Positions 26,621 to 41,174 of a stretch of 64,000 nt of DNA are shown here, one piece after another. The notes under the pieces were generated by a model. The model worked only from the letters and a program-made list of their open reading frames with translations, made no database searches and was not told where the DNA came from. The translations under genes were made by a program, and so were the position numbers. The stretch covers positions 30,566,001-30,630,000 of the forward strand of contig NC_043013.1 in the NCBI RefSeq assembly GCF_006345805.1, written 5' to 3'. The first letter of the stretch is position 1. Each line of letters begins with the position of its first letter. Source of the stretch: Octopus sinensis. Its lineage: Eukaryota.

Positions 26621-28064
26621 ATTTGACGAAATTCTGAATCCACCGTTATTGTAAAAATATGTCCGAGCATAATATATCTGTGAAACCTGTAATATAACAT
26701 TGACTGATAAAAGATTTGAAATACGTTGCCATTAAATAGTCTAGTTATTTCACACATCTAACATTTAAGTGTAAATTTCAAAAATATCTTTTGAACATTT
26801 TCCGATTTGTCGGCTTGATATTATTAATATTTCATATACTGTACACTTTATCGAAGATCAATCCGATGACTAAGAGAAATCTATTTGTAGTTTAATCTGT
26901 TCTGCTAAGTTTATAATATGCATCTACCTCTGTTTATGTGTGTCAATTTGTTAAATGCATTTTAAAAACATTATTAGTTTTCTGAGAAGATATTTATTGG
27001 TTGTCAAGTATTTGTATTTCTACGTTTCTGTACATATGATGTATGCACACACGTTATGCTTATATTTACATACATATCTACATGCTTGTCTTTTGGAATT
27101 AATTGCATGTCTCTATCTTCCTATTTACCACACCTCATTCTTATATATCTCTTTGTAGATATGTGTGTATATGCATATATATGTAGCAAATACTTACAGA
27201 TGTATTATATTTTGTATGTGTAAGCTTACAGAGGTACGTTTGGGAATATTTCGAATATGAAATACCATGATTTCGAATATGAAATATGTTTTACCATGTG
27301 ATGGATGTTATAGGACAAAATATTGCTCACAGTGAGTTTAGGAGGCAGTTCGTGTTCCTCTCTATATAAAAGAATTTCATCATACACACACATACACACA
27401 CACACACAGTGGCAGGGCAGAAATCAAGGTTCAAAACAAATTCCACTTCTTGTTTACATATGAGTTGCTATGCTAAGAAATTGTGGAAGCATGGCGGTAT
27501 AAAGCTGGTAAACAGGTAAAGCCGTTAGAAGGTTACATAGAACCGATTTTCGGTATTTATCTATGCTGTATTTGATCGCTTTTCCAATCCAGCCGAAACC
27601 AGCTTTACATTACAATCTTAAATGGTTGGTGAATAAAGTTCAGAAAGGGTCTTTGACAGAATAGCTAAAGTGGCAAACCGGATGTGTGGGTTTATTGATT
27701 ACGGCGCTTTGGGATTTGAATGGGTTTTCCACCTCCTATCATTGGCCACCGCTTGACGATAAAAAGATTTCGGAAACGGTTCTTCATTGATATCAGGGTA
27801 CCAAAGACAATGTAATCAGATAAATCGATATAGCAACATATCAGTCGCAATAATGCTGACTGGAGCCTGGTGGACTGTCCACAAAATTAGACGTGAAAAC
27901 TAATTTCAATTCAAATAAAACAAAAGTGAATGATAAACACGCTTATATTATAACATCGTTTGGTATTTCACGACAAAATCACAGTAATAGATGTATTTAA
28001 AAAGTATTTTTGAATTTGTAAACACACACACCCACACATACACACATACACACACACACACACA

Positions 28065-28121
<57 letters not shown>

Positions 28122-28124
28122 CAT

Positions 28125-28164
<40 letters not shown>

Positions 28165-28169
<5 letters not shown>

Positions 28170-29410
28170 CTCAGTCGAAGTCGACTCTCGGTTACTCGAT
28201 GGATCAGTGTCCTCCAGTCAGTTCTATCCTGGGCCGCTCCTTTCAGATTGGCTATGTCGATTCCGGTATCAGTCTTGATGGTGTCAAGACAGCGGGTTCT
28301 TGGTCAGCCTCTTCGTCACTTGCCACTGACCATTCCGAGCATGATGTCCTTCCCCAGGGATTTTCTCCGCATAATATGACCAAGATATGCCGATCTATGC
28401 TTAGTGATCCTAGCTTCTAGCGGCATGATCTGCTCAAGAACTTCTCCATTGGTGAGCCTCGCTGTCCATAGAATCCGTAAATGTCTTCTCCAACACCAAA
28501 GCTCGAATGAATTAATTCTCTTCTGGTCAGCTTTCTTCAGTGTCCAGGTCTCGCATCCATATGTTGCTATTGGGAAGACAATTGCATTCACCAATCTGCA
28601 TTTGGTAGCGAGTCTGATGTCTCTACTCTTCCAGACCCTGCTCATGCTGGCCATTGCCTCTCTGCCTAGTATTATCCGCTGTCTTATTTCTGGAGTGCAG
28701 TCACCATCTCGATTTATTTTGGAGCCAAGGAAGATGAAATCATCAACCACTTCGATCTCTTCATTATCGATCTTGACGTTGATGTTTGTTCTGGCTGCTG
28801 TGGACATGATCTTCGTTTTCTTAACATTAAGGTACAGCCCAAATTTCTCACTCTCTTTCTTGACGAGCAGGACAAGATCCTCCAGATTCTTACCACTCTC
28901 GGCCAGCAGGGTTGTATCATCTGCATAGCGAAGTTTATTAATATTTCTTCCTCCAATCCTCACTCCGATGCTGCTATCCTCTAGGCCTGCATTCCTCATG
29001 ACCTTTTCAGCGTACATATTGAAGGCTTCTGGTGACAGGATGCAACCAATCAGTTTCGCCATATGGTGTCCGTACTCTTGATTTTAATAGAGTGATCTAA
29101 TAAGCTGGACAAGGTGTAAAGGTGTTCCCATTTCCTCCAGACATTTCTATAACTTGTCATGATCAATGCTGTCAAAGGCTTTGGAGTAATTGATGAAACA
29201 CATGTACAGCTTCTTTTGGTATTCTCTTGCCTTTGCCATAATTCACCGTAGGTTGGCGATGTGATCGCGGGTGCCCCTTCCCTTTCTGAAGCCAGCTTGC
29301 ACCTCTGGCAATTCTCTCTCAATAGTTGTGTTCAGGCGCTTCTGGATGATTTTAAGGAGAATGTTACTTACATGGGGGATCAGGGTGATGGTACGGTAGT
29401 TTGCGCAGTC
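28165..29410 (-). mobile_element. RTE-clade (BovB-like) LINE, 5'-truncated, with stops and small internal deletions
   Basis: NYRTITLIPH, QAGFRKGRGTRDHI, YSKAFDSIDH, GCILSP, NINKLRYADDTTLLAES, FIFLGSKI, YGCETWT, GHIMRR. The terminal TESRLRLSG runs directly into (TA)n. Confidence 0.93.
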
Positions 29411-30642
29411 CACATACACATACACACATGCATACACACACATGCATACACACACAGTTACTTGGAGAAAAATAGATATGGTTTGCAATGTTTTTATAGT
29501 CAGTAAAATATCGAATTGTCTTCCATTCATCTTGTCTTTACTATTTTCATATATTTACGTTCTTTGTCGACGAAATCAGAATTTGTTTGTCGATGTGTTC
29601 CAAGATTAACTCCTTATTTCTTTGTACTTATCACAATCCTAATTTTAAAAAGAAACCATTAACTTGATATAAATTGAACATAAAGAGAAGAAATGTGAAT
29701 TCTAAAAGGAATTAAAACAAATTACTGTCTATTGTTCCTGTAGATTAATGAGTTTCTTTATATAGAAAAGAGAGGAAAATAATGTTTATTTTAGATGTAT
29801 ACAAATATAGTAAAAAAAAAATTTAAGTCTGGACCATCACTTTTCTTCAGTGCTAGACGTTTTAATAGAATGTGATATATATTTTTCGGATTTCGCTTTA
29901 AATCCATTTAATTTCAACAAGGTGTGTCTTTTTATATTCAACTTAATATAGAATAAACTTTTGAAAAATAGAATATATAACTACCACTCTAAGAATTGAA
30001 ATAATGAAAACGTATTGACAATAAAGTTACAGCTAAATATAATTTGCAATTAATTTATCAAACTCTATGTCAATAGAGTGTATTTTCCCAATGAATTTTT
30101 CATATCGATTCAGAAAAATATAGATAGGAATAATGTAATTACTGATTAAATAGTACACAGTTTAGATGCTTTCAGCCTCTACACATTTCAGAAGTTAAAA
30201 CGACAATTTGACTTCTATAATGGGCATCATACATAGCTCACTGTGGAACATCTCTGAAGAAATATAAACTTATATATGGTATTCTGTGCATAGATATTTT
30301 AATTTTTACTAAGCAGATTAAGTTACATCAACACTCACGACTTCAAATTTATTGATTCTATTTGTTCCGCACGTGATTGGGGGAAATATTATTCTACAGT
30401 TGTCTCTAAAGTTAGAAAAGTATATGAGAAACAGTATTATGCTGGATTATTTCCGGCGATAGGAAAAATATTTCATCAAATGTATATTTATCCATTCAAT
30501 TAGATGTTTTAACTGATGGATCCAGACCAAAGAATGTATTAAATATTTAGCGAAAATCAGAGCAAGGCTTTTCCGTCCCAATATACCCAGTAACTGCATA
30601 GTGCTTTGCAGTTATTTGAAATGAAAAAGATGCAAGTTTGTG

Positions 30643-30678
<36 letters not shown>

Positions 30679-31409
30679 ATGTGTGTGTGTGTGTGTGTGT
30701 GTGTATGCGTGTGTGCGTGCGTGTGTGTGTATGCGTGTTAGGATAATATAACACTTATATTACCTATACAAACATACACACGCGCACAAACACACACATA
30801 GACACACACACACACACATATATATATATACGTACACATACATACGCACATATATACGTGTGTAAGTGGTTGAATGTGGATTCGTCCATTAACTTGAGTG
30901 GTATCCCAAAACATTCCTAACGTTGATTCTTCATACTTTGCTGGGTGTTTATTTGTACAAACTGGCGAAGATATTAAAAGTAGCATTAATATATTAAGTT
31001 TATGTTTAACTTATGGAATGTTCTACAAATTTAATCATATTTATCCAAAATGGAGGATATAAGATGTTAAAATTTCTAAGACGTTTATTCGTGCATACAA
31101 TCGTTTCGCGTACATATTAAACTACAACGAGTTGTCCTTTAATAATTGACATGTCTCCCATCACTATCACACATAGATAGGAACACATAAACATGAAATT
31201 CATAGATCCAACTACTTCTCTGTTTTTTTTTAAATACCTACTAATGAGTACTTTGATATTTGCAAATTCGAAAATGAATTTATATCTATGTACGAAATGA
31301 TTGCACGAATAAATACATTACAACTTTGTAACATCTCCTCTTTTCCATTTTTGACAAATATGATTGGATTTTTAGAACTTCATTCCATAAATCAATTATA
31401 CATTTTATA

Positions 31410-31411
31410 TC

Positions 31412-31490
<79 letters not shown>

Positions 31491-31493
31491 ATA

Positions 31494-31560
<67 letters not shown>
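31410..31560. repeat. (ATCT)n microsatellite
   Basis: Directly visible. Confidence 0.95.
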
Positions 31561-31706
31561 ATACATGTATATATACAACAAATCTACATACATATATATA
31601 TGTGTGTGTGTGTACAGTTATGCTTATATTATATTTGTATATATATATAATCAGAAATATTAAATTTCTAAATATCTCATAGAGATATGTACGGTGGTGG
31701 GGCGAT

Positions 31707-31940
31707 AGAGTGGTTGTATACTGTCAATCTAACGTGACAGTAAGGGATTACACCACCGCTGTTTGGCCCTAGGAAGCATCTAGATGCAGGCCTGGCTGCT
31801 GGGGGTGTTTGTCTCCCCTTCGTAAATATATAAGGACACAGGGAAAATGTGTCGAAGCCATCAGGAAACGTCGATGCTTCCCAGGGCTAAACAGCGGTGA
31901 GGTAATCCCCTACTGTCACGTTAGATTGACAGTATACAAC

Positions 31941-31946
<6 letters not shown>
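31707..31946. mobile_element. MITE-like element with 74-bp terminal inverted repeats
   Basis: 31707-31780 vs the reverse complement of 31873-31946: 6 mismatches in 74; 92-bp spacer; no clear TSD. Confidence 0.8.
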
Positions 31947-32016
<70 letters not shown>

Positions 32017-35000
32017 GATAGATAAAGTATGCGAGAGAGATGGAGGGAAACCAAAGTGAGAAAGAAGGAAATTTAACGTCATGTGCCTTGACAGTTACCA
32101 GTTCAATCGAGAGAATTGCCGTGATTTCCAGTCATGTATTGAAAATAGACTTAAATTTTCCTAATCTCATTCTATTATGTTGTTGATAAATATTATTAGA
32201 ATGCAAGTCAATGCTATTGTTCTTGCTATTTAGCCTTACTTTAGCAGTAGTTAAGTAGATATATGATCAAAGGCATTCCCACTTATTTCTGCTATAATGT
32301 AACTATGTGAATCAATGTGTTCTTTCGTCGTTCTATTAGATATAAATTGAGTTTTGGACTAGCTTTAGACAACGATTTCAACCAGTATGAACGACAAGAT
32401 AAAATCAAGTGATCGGATCGTGTAAAACAAATCAGTGATGTACTTTGGTAGGGATGGTCGCAACAAAAGACAGGGATCAGCAGATTGTGATATTATACTT
32501 AAGTAGGAGAAACTTCTATGTTTTCCTAACATCTACGAGGTTTATATACATCGCTTAATCCCACCCAATTCGGCATATGTACACATCAAAGATAATCTTC
32601 ATCCAATGATTGCATCAGATTTGCTTCGCTATTATTCAGTGATTCCTCTTTAAAATACACTTGAGGCTGATTTAACATGCTTTGATGAGCGATACGGGAA
32701 GATATCGATCACATAAATCTATTATTTATTGTTTGACATGAGAGAGTGGTCATAAAAGGAACCCAAGAAACGACTATCAAGTATTTAAGAATTTCCGTTA
32801 TCGAAGAATGTATTACGTAATGAAAGTTGGAATGTTAATGCGGAAGATTGGTAGAAATGAATTTGAGGAAATATTCTCTGGAATAGTAGTTAGGTTTCTA
32901 CATTGTTAATAATACTTTTGCCGTGGTTCAATTTCCCATTCACTCTTGCAGGGACGATTTAGTGTCTGTTCACTGAAAGAATCATTCTTATTCAGTATAC
33001 TTTTCCTAAAATAAGCGTGTTGGTTGCCATTTTCAAAATTACTTCCTAGGAAATTATTTTATACTCTTATTTTCCTTAATCATATTAGTCTCATAAGTTA
33101 AAGGATTTCGATAGTAAATGAAATGATTGCACTTTTCTTAAACATAAAAATATGTGAAAATCATAAATGACATATTTCGTACACTCATGAAATGTTAGCG
33201 TCTTGAAAATCCTAATCGTCAGAGACAATTTGCTGTGAGATAAATTCACAAAAACAGATTCTGATCCTAAAGTTTGGGACTATTGTTTCTGTGTCATGGT
33301 GAACTTCGAAAATTAAAAACACATTCATTTACAATAGAGTATAAACCAGCCATATCTTGTTTAACGACGGAATGCCTGTTATTTACCATTAAATGTTCTC
33401 ATGCTTACCCGAAATCGTGGTCACTGTTGAAATCTCATTTTAACACGTTTATATTATGTATTACAAACTGTGGTATTGGCCTACACCAAACGTTTCTATC
33501 ATTCCACACTGCAACACTGAATTATATTTTAAAAACATATACATCGTGAAAAAATGCAATATTCTGCGCTTCATTTTATATTCTATTCCACTGTTAATTT
33601 TAAATATACCCGTGAACAACCGACACGTTTCCTTGAAACATTCTCTAATATCGTCGTCTGCATTACATATTATATATTTAATTCGTTAGCCATGAATACC
33701 CACATAGCATATTTCTAGTATAATTGTCAGGAGATACAGTATATAATCAATCATCACTCAATCACATCTAATCAAATCCAATATATTTACAAATGGAATA
33801 TTATATATAATCTGCCTTTACCAATTTCTACATCTTACTCATTATAAAAAATTACGACTCTTCGTTGTAAGGCACTGGAAATAATGAAACAATTGCACGC
33901 TGCAGTATAATCATAATTGATTTAGTCAGACTTATTACTCTTGAATTATGTCTCTTATGAATAGAATTATGCATTAACCTGTAACACAACACATTGGAGG
34001 ATTAACGCGCTAATCAGAAATTTCATTAGGCATTAATGAGAAATATTTACATTGAATAATTTTCTTTTCTATTTTCTATGTGCTTTGGTTCTTCAAAATC
34101 ACTGACCATACAAATGATTTGAAAATTATCATGTTCTCACGAAATGATTTATAGTAGCTTAACTGTTGTGTTGCGTCAAGGTTCTGATTTTGAATTATTT
34201 CACTTACAGTTTATATTTTCTTATATCACGTTCAATAACAAAGGATGGTCAATATAATGGAACCAATAATTTACTCTGCTTAGAACCTAGACAGCGGCAT
34301 TAATTACTGCGAATGAACAGAAATGCAATATGTGACGTAGGTATTTCAAAACGTTATAATTCAAGTCACAATGTTTAAGTCTCTAAATAGTATGAAGAAA
34401 CATAAAACAAAACCATCTTGAGAATCTTAAACACTTCTGTGCCAAATTTAAGATTACATTGTGTAGTAATTTGTGGCAGAGTAAAATAAAAGTTATTTTC
34501 GAAGTAAATTTATGACTGCTTTCATTTATAAATTCTATTTTCAATTGAAATGGATGAATACTGATCTTTACCGATGACGAATAGAGTCGACATCCATTGA
34601 CAAGGCTGCAAGAGCAACGGACATTTTTGGAAGACAAAAAAATTAAATAAATAAGTGAGTGAAAATTGAACCGGTGAGTGGCAGATATTAAGGCAGTATG
34701 ACTCCCTCCTGACACAACAAAATTTACAAAATTTGTTAACAGTAAAAATTAAAATCAACTATTTTTCTCACTATTTTTCCAACTCATAAACGCAGTTTGA
34801 TCTGTTTAGTATATTTATAAATCTGATAATCAAGTATGCCCCGGGAGCAGCATGATATACACAATCGCTGGAAGACCTTCGAATCTACTTCAGTGCTATT
34901 TCATTGAAGTCATGGTTGTGAATGTATTTAATATATAATAATTTGAAGTATTTAATGCAGACATCTAATAACTATAGGATTCTATTGTAGATCGTTTTAT

Positions 35001-35747
35001 ATGAACTGTAACTTGATACTGAAACTACGTGGCAAATATTGATTTGGTTGGAACATATTATGAGCGCACCTATTGAAAACAAAAAAAAACTTTCTCCATA
35101 TTACAAACAATATATTAATTTAATCCTTATAGGAATTTTTTTCCGTTGTAAATATAAAAATACGAGGTAATTTACAACCATTAGTAGCCTCAACAACAAT
35201 TATATACAGGACAAATTTGAAACGATATTGTGGAGAAAATAAATTTCGTATCAAATAACACACCAGAATATATTGGTATTTGGCCCTTTTTTCTGCTTGG
35301 TCATGTTACAACACGTTTCCTATGCCAATTAATCTCAAATCATTGGTATGTGTTACGTTTGTCTACGTAGAATGAAGGCATATTTAAAGTACACCTAAAC
35401 TTATATATATATATATATATCTAATGCGCAAGTAGTTTAAAACGCAGACAAAGTAAATTACACTGTCAATCCATGAATCGTGAAGCAAGATAGACGTTGA
35501 CTTCAAATGATAATTAACAATCCTAGATTGTTCAGCTATAATATCAAATTTCCCGTGAGATATAACAACGACCCTTCAACTTGTAAGAGTATGCATACAA
35601 CATATACGTTTCTTCTTTATGCTCTTTAATTTCTCGTTGCTGTGCTGAATATTGCTTAATATTCCGTCTTCTTTGTGTTGTGAACCAGTCGTCGATCCAT
35701 CAATTAAAAAAAAACCTTACTGCTGCGTACATTTTTCTTCAGATCAG

Positions 35748-35783
35748 TTTTATATTTCTGCAGAAACAAGCATTCCTCAGAAA
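35748..35783 (-). ncRNA. Possible minimal hammerhead motif (weak stems)
   Basis: ttt-CTGAGGA-A-TGC/ttgtttct/GCA-GAA-ATAT-A-aaa. The core is complete, but stems I and II are only 3 bp each. Confidence 0.3.
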
Positions 35784-35920
35784 TGAACGAGCGTGTCTTG
35801 TAGCTTGTACCAGACTCCACGAATCCGTTTACTTTGTAAAATTGTATATCCAATAGCCATACTACACTCTGTATAGAGGCTTTTTAAGAAATTTGTTCGA
35901 GGATGATTAATGGTTTGGAT

Positions 35921-35960
35921 GGGTGCTGATGAAGAGGCAAAAACGCCCGAAATATGGCAT
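35921..35960 (+). ncRNA. Hammerhead-like core with non-canonical cleavage arm
   Basis: gtg-CTGATGA-A-gaGGC/aaaaac/GCCc-GAAA-tatggcat. CUGAUGA, stem II and GAAA are present; position 17 is G. Confidence 0.45.
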
Positions 35961-38879
35961 AAGCAACTATTACCCACTTTTCATCTTCGATATCATTGTT
36001 TGTTTACATCTGATGTCTCGTGTACGAACAGTCGTAACAAAATGCATTGCTTGCTATAAGTTCTGTAGAATATCTATAGAGATAACGTTACCAAGTAATA
36101 TAGGGGATAACATTTGGTTACATATTTACAGTACGTTGCACATTTACTGGAAAAGACCGTGGGTGTAAGAAACTCTATCAGTATTTATGAGCATACGGCT
36201 ACAGTTTAAAGGACACCATGACCACTATTACTATAGTAACCAAACCGACCGAACTATACCACCGCTGTAGAATGCTATCAGCTGCCCTACTTCACAGATG
36301 CTGCTGAAATACGGAAGGTCAACCGGAAAGGTTTCTACTGCTGAATAGATATCGCAACGATACACAATTATAATCGACTTCTTCGATGACTAAGAACACG
36401 AAGAACATTTAAGAAAAAAATACCTTATGTATTTGGTAGTATTTAAAACACCTTGTAGCTAGTATAAGTAAATAAAAAGAAAAAGGTAAATTCCAGAAGT
36501 TTTATAAACGTATTTTTTCCAATTTTTTACGATTGTGTAATGAAAAGAAGGTGTACAATGCGCATTGGGTTATTGCAAGATCGTTTGAAAGTAAAGAGGA
36601 TATCGAGAAAATAATCTAGTTCTGCAGCTGGAATTCAGATTTACTCGCTGCTGCACAAAATGCCCAGATGTATCCATCTTTCCACTTCCCGAGGACTGTG
36701 AACATATATTTTGGAGGCAGGCAAACGTATTGTAAAATTCTTAGATTTATGAAACATATTTACATACTTCGCCTAGGGGTATTAGGAATATATTTACGAG
36801 GAACACGTTCTTCAGAATATGATCAACTATCACTCATTCCAGGACTGCAAGTTCACAATACTGTTTGAATTGTTTTTCCCTAAACATCGTCGTGTGTTGT
36901 TTTGAGTGGCCGAGTGAAATAAATAAGCGAATAAAGAAATAATCTAGTACCATGTCGCAGTTATGACACTTTCTTTGATACCTCACACATCTTTTACTAT
37001 ACACATTCGATACACTAAACTTACTTTGATGTTGAATTATTGTCTCTCGTTAACATAAATTATTGACGTATCTCAATGAATGTATGAACGATTAATATTC
37101 ATAATTAATACGTTAAAAATGGCTTGAAAACAGCAGACAATAAGAAATATTGATTATACGACGAAGTAGTTTCCCATCTATAAAATCACATTTCGCTGTC
37201 CTTATACCTAGAGAAGTTATACAAAATTATTCTTCGCTTATTAAAATATGGACTAATAATATGAAAGTAAAATTATGAAATGAAAGAAGCGATGAGAATT
37301 ATTTAGTGAAGTCGATATTAAGGTCATATTTGAGGGCGACTGTAAAATAATCTCTGAGGCGTCAATGTGCAGAAAGTTCCGAATAAAAATGGATGATTTT
37401 TACCGGAACTTTTCCAATTTTCTCTAATTGGAAAAATTATATAAAAAGTTATACAAATATAGTGAAAATATAATAATCGCAGTCTTAAATAAAAATCAAA
37501 AATAAGAAAGAAAAGGAACGAAGAAACAATATAAACGTAGTGAAATAAATTGAATCAATATATTATTTTAAGTGCTGAATTGATGAAGCCAAGCGTAAAA
37601 AATGTGAATTATTATTAGGCTGATTATAAAAGAACAAATATAAAACGATTATGATTCTTCAACATTAGATGAAACAAATTAAAATTATTTTATTATTTTA
37701 GTTAGCGCTTATCATATTTTTTATGTGTTTTATGATCAGAATAGTTGCAAATGAAAAGAATCGTATTGACGTAAATGTTTATTAGAAATATAAAAATGTG
37801 TGAAGAATAAATAAATATAAAAACGATACAATATTTACAAAGAAATAGTTCAAAACATAAATAATGATGTGTGCGTGTTTCCGTCAACAAACTGTATACT
37901 AATCTTGTGTTGATTTCTCTACGGAGGTTTATCATTGACCATAAGACATTCTATTGTTTTTGAAGACTAGCATAAAAAGTCGTTTTACGTTGCTCCAGCA
38001 CCTAGCTCTTCGAGCATAATAAGAAATTATAAACCGTAGTAAATGAAGATATTCTAATCAACATCATAGACTATAGAAACGTGCTTTATGTAGAAGGATA
38101 ATTGTTATTGATAGTGGTATGTTAGTAACTTTATAAATGAACATCGTCATTGAAATGAATTTTAACAGCAGAAAAACATTCTTCTTTTTCGAAAACGCAA
38201 CAGCTCGAAGTAAATATGTAATACAGTTTGATTTTATGATCAAAACGGAAAGATCGTATCAGCTATGTGTCAACTTAAAAGATTATTTACGTGCTACACA
38301 CATTGTATTGGACTAGTTTAATTTCATCTTACTTTATTCCAATCATTCATAATTGAGGGGATATATTCCAATTAATGGTTTTTCATCACCCTCATCAGTA
38401 GTCAAAACTACAATTCTATACTATCATTCGCTACAACTTCCTCTCGATATTAATATCGGAGTATTAAGGTATCAAATTTCATTTTAAGAATCAACTACTT
38501 TAACATTAGTATGACATATCCTCGGCACCAGAGCAACTGTCTTTAAGGTATCAATAATCGATAACTAAGCATCAACATTGTATGGTCTGCGCTACTAATA
38601 TTGTGTAAGAAATATGATATCAATACACACATAGTGTGGTTTGGCTAACTTATTTTTTAATCCATTTATAGAACATCTTAATATTAACTTACACTATCGT
38701 AAAACAATAAAGCAGAGTTATGTAAGAATTTATCATGTTAAAAATTTCAAACATTTTTGAACTCTACTCGATGATTATATGATTATGGTCAAATTAAATT
38801 ATCAACAGCGGAAGATCATTAATGTCACACTAGATCTCAATTTATTCTTCTGCATATATTATTGTAACTCTCTAGCTGC

Positions 38880-39310
38880 CTACATCGGAAGAACATAGCC
38901 TTCAACTTCTCGAATGCTCCTTGACAACTTCTGAGCTATCCAATAAGAACTACTCTTCTATGCAGCCCAGTAGTTCGCTCTACCCACATTTCCAATGCAC
39001 ACCGAACCATACCTATTACTTGAAACCATCTCCAAATAGTTATCCTTGTAGAGCACGTACATCCAGTCTCCTGTCCTCAGATCTACCCGCCACATATTTT
39101 ACTTGCCTTGCTTTACAAAATGTTCATCGTTCCTGTTTTGCACATTTCCAAAAACTATACAAAGTTTCGATGTCATTTTATCTATTGTTGCTTGCCTCAT
39201 CTACCCTCCTTTCTCATTTGCTAATCCTTCCATAACATCTGCATGTACTAAAACTCCAACGATCAAAACAGAAAGAATACAATCTTATTGTGTCTCCTTT
39301 CTTAACCTTA
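38880..39310 (-). mobile_element. Old, degenerate RTE-like LINE 3' remnant
   Basis: Only loose motifs on the minus strand (KG..RLY, VLVH, WFG); many stops. Confidence 0.3.
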
Positions 39311-40465
39311 ATGTTTAATAATTTTCGCTTACTTTGGTATTTTCTCACACTCCTCTGTATCCTTCTTTCACGTAATATCTTTTATCTGCCGATGTACGAT
39401 TTTCTCTAGATAAAAAAAAAACTAAAAGTTGAGATTCTCAGCAACACCACGCTAATTGATTTATTGCAGGTTTTGCGCAATTCCTTCTTATCAAGTTCCC
39501 ATATCAATTTTATTCAATGAGTATGAGCGTCCATGAAATATGGAACCAATTACAAACTAAATTTATTCCACTGACATTGAATATAGATCGGTGCACGATA
39601 TGCGCTTGCGTACCACTTGCGCAATGCTGAAGATGCACGATAAAATTAGTTGAGTTTTTGCTTCAAGCTTCTCTTATTTCTTTCTGAAAATTTCTACCTG
39701 CCAATTCTTCAAAGTTTTCTTGGGGAATAATTGAGTTGTAGGAAGAAAAGCCAAACCCTTCCTACAAGGTCGAACCACGCCTCAAATCACCTCCAATTTG
39801 CATCAACAAAAGGTCCGCCTGTAGGTTTTCCGACAATCGCTTACCTTATGATAAATTAGAGGCCACGCGTTACTAATTGGAGCATCCCCAAAAACATTCA
39901 TGTTCATAAAGCCCTTACTTGTATGAAATTCTTTGAATACCGATGGTAGTAGCTGTCACAGCCTCCTGGAACGAGAGAAAAACAGAACGTTGATACCAAA
40001 GTGCAATTAAACATTAAATATTTGCCATTCCAGTAATAAAGATCCTTTCACTCTATTTCACTAATTACTGAAATCCAATACAGCAATCTCTTCCACTCAT
40101 GCCAGCCGTGTAAAGAGGCCCTAGGCCCTTTACCCTCTGTTCTGAATGCTATGAGGTACCTTTTTTAGGTATCTGAATTGTTTTTCTCATCATCAGTGCA
40201 GTATAAGTCACAACAAGAATAGTAATTCTTCAAAATGCGTCGCAACATAAGCTGTCGGAGCATATATTCCCATTACAAAAACTAATGAAATGATAGAAAG
40301 ATCCCACCTGGATCCTTATTCCCGTGAACAGCCATTCAAGTTTATCTAAATTTATCTACACACGCCATGTATGCATGTCTTATGAGTTTTGTATCTGTCT
40401 CTTCATCTATATATGTGTGTATATATATATATATACATATATATATATGTATGCATGTATGTATG

Positions 40466-40553
<88 letters not shown>

Positions 40554-40559
40554 TGTATA

Positions 40560-40604
<45 letters not shown>

Positions 40605-40608
40605 ATAT

Positions 40609-41174
40609 AGTTAAGTTTGTGAAAGTTTTTAATTTTCATCTCACTAAATTTATCCAGCTATTGTGTATCTAGTGCACTTTTCGCCTTGAATGTAATGATA
40701 TATGTATAATATATGGCGTGTACTGGTACACCGGCGATTATAATTAATTTTATTGTATCGCATTTATCTTTGTTTACATATTCTCTCGATAAATTTCTGA
40801 CCGTTAGACGATATACCACAATCCCCTATTTTGTCGGGTTTGTTCTGAGTCTGCGCAGTGTTTTGAATAGTTTAGAAAGAGCATTTCGATAGACGCACAT
40901 GGGTCTATTGATATGGTCTTCCCATCATTACAGGAATCTTACTGAAGAGCCAGCCTGAGTAAATAAATACTATTTTTATTACTGAATTTGGCGAAACTGC
41001 AGTATAAGAAAAGTTAAGTTTGTAAAAGTTTTTAATTTTCATCTCACTAAATTTATCCAGCTATTGTGTATCTAGTGCACTCTTCGCCTTGAATGTAATG
41101 ATATATGTATAATATATGGCGTGTACTGGTACACCGGCGATTATAATTAATTTTATTGTATCGCATTTATCTTT

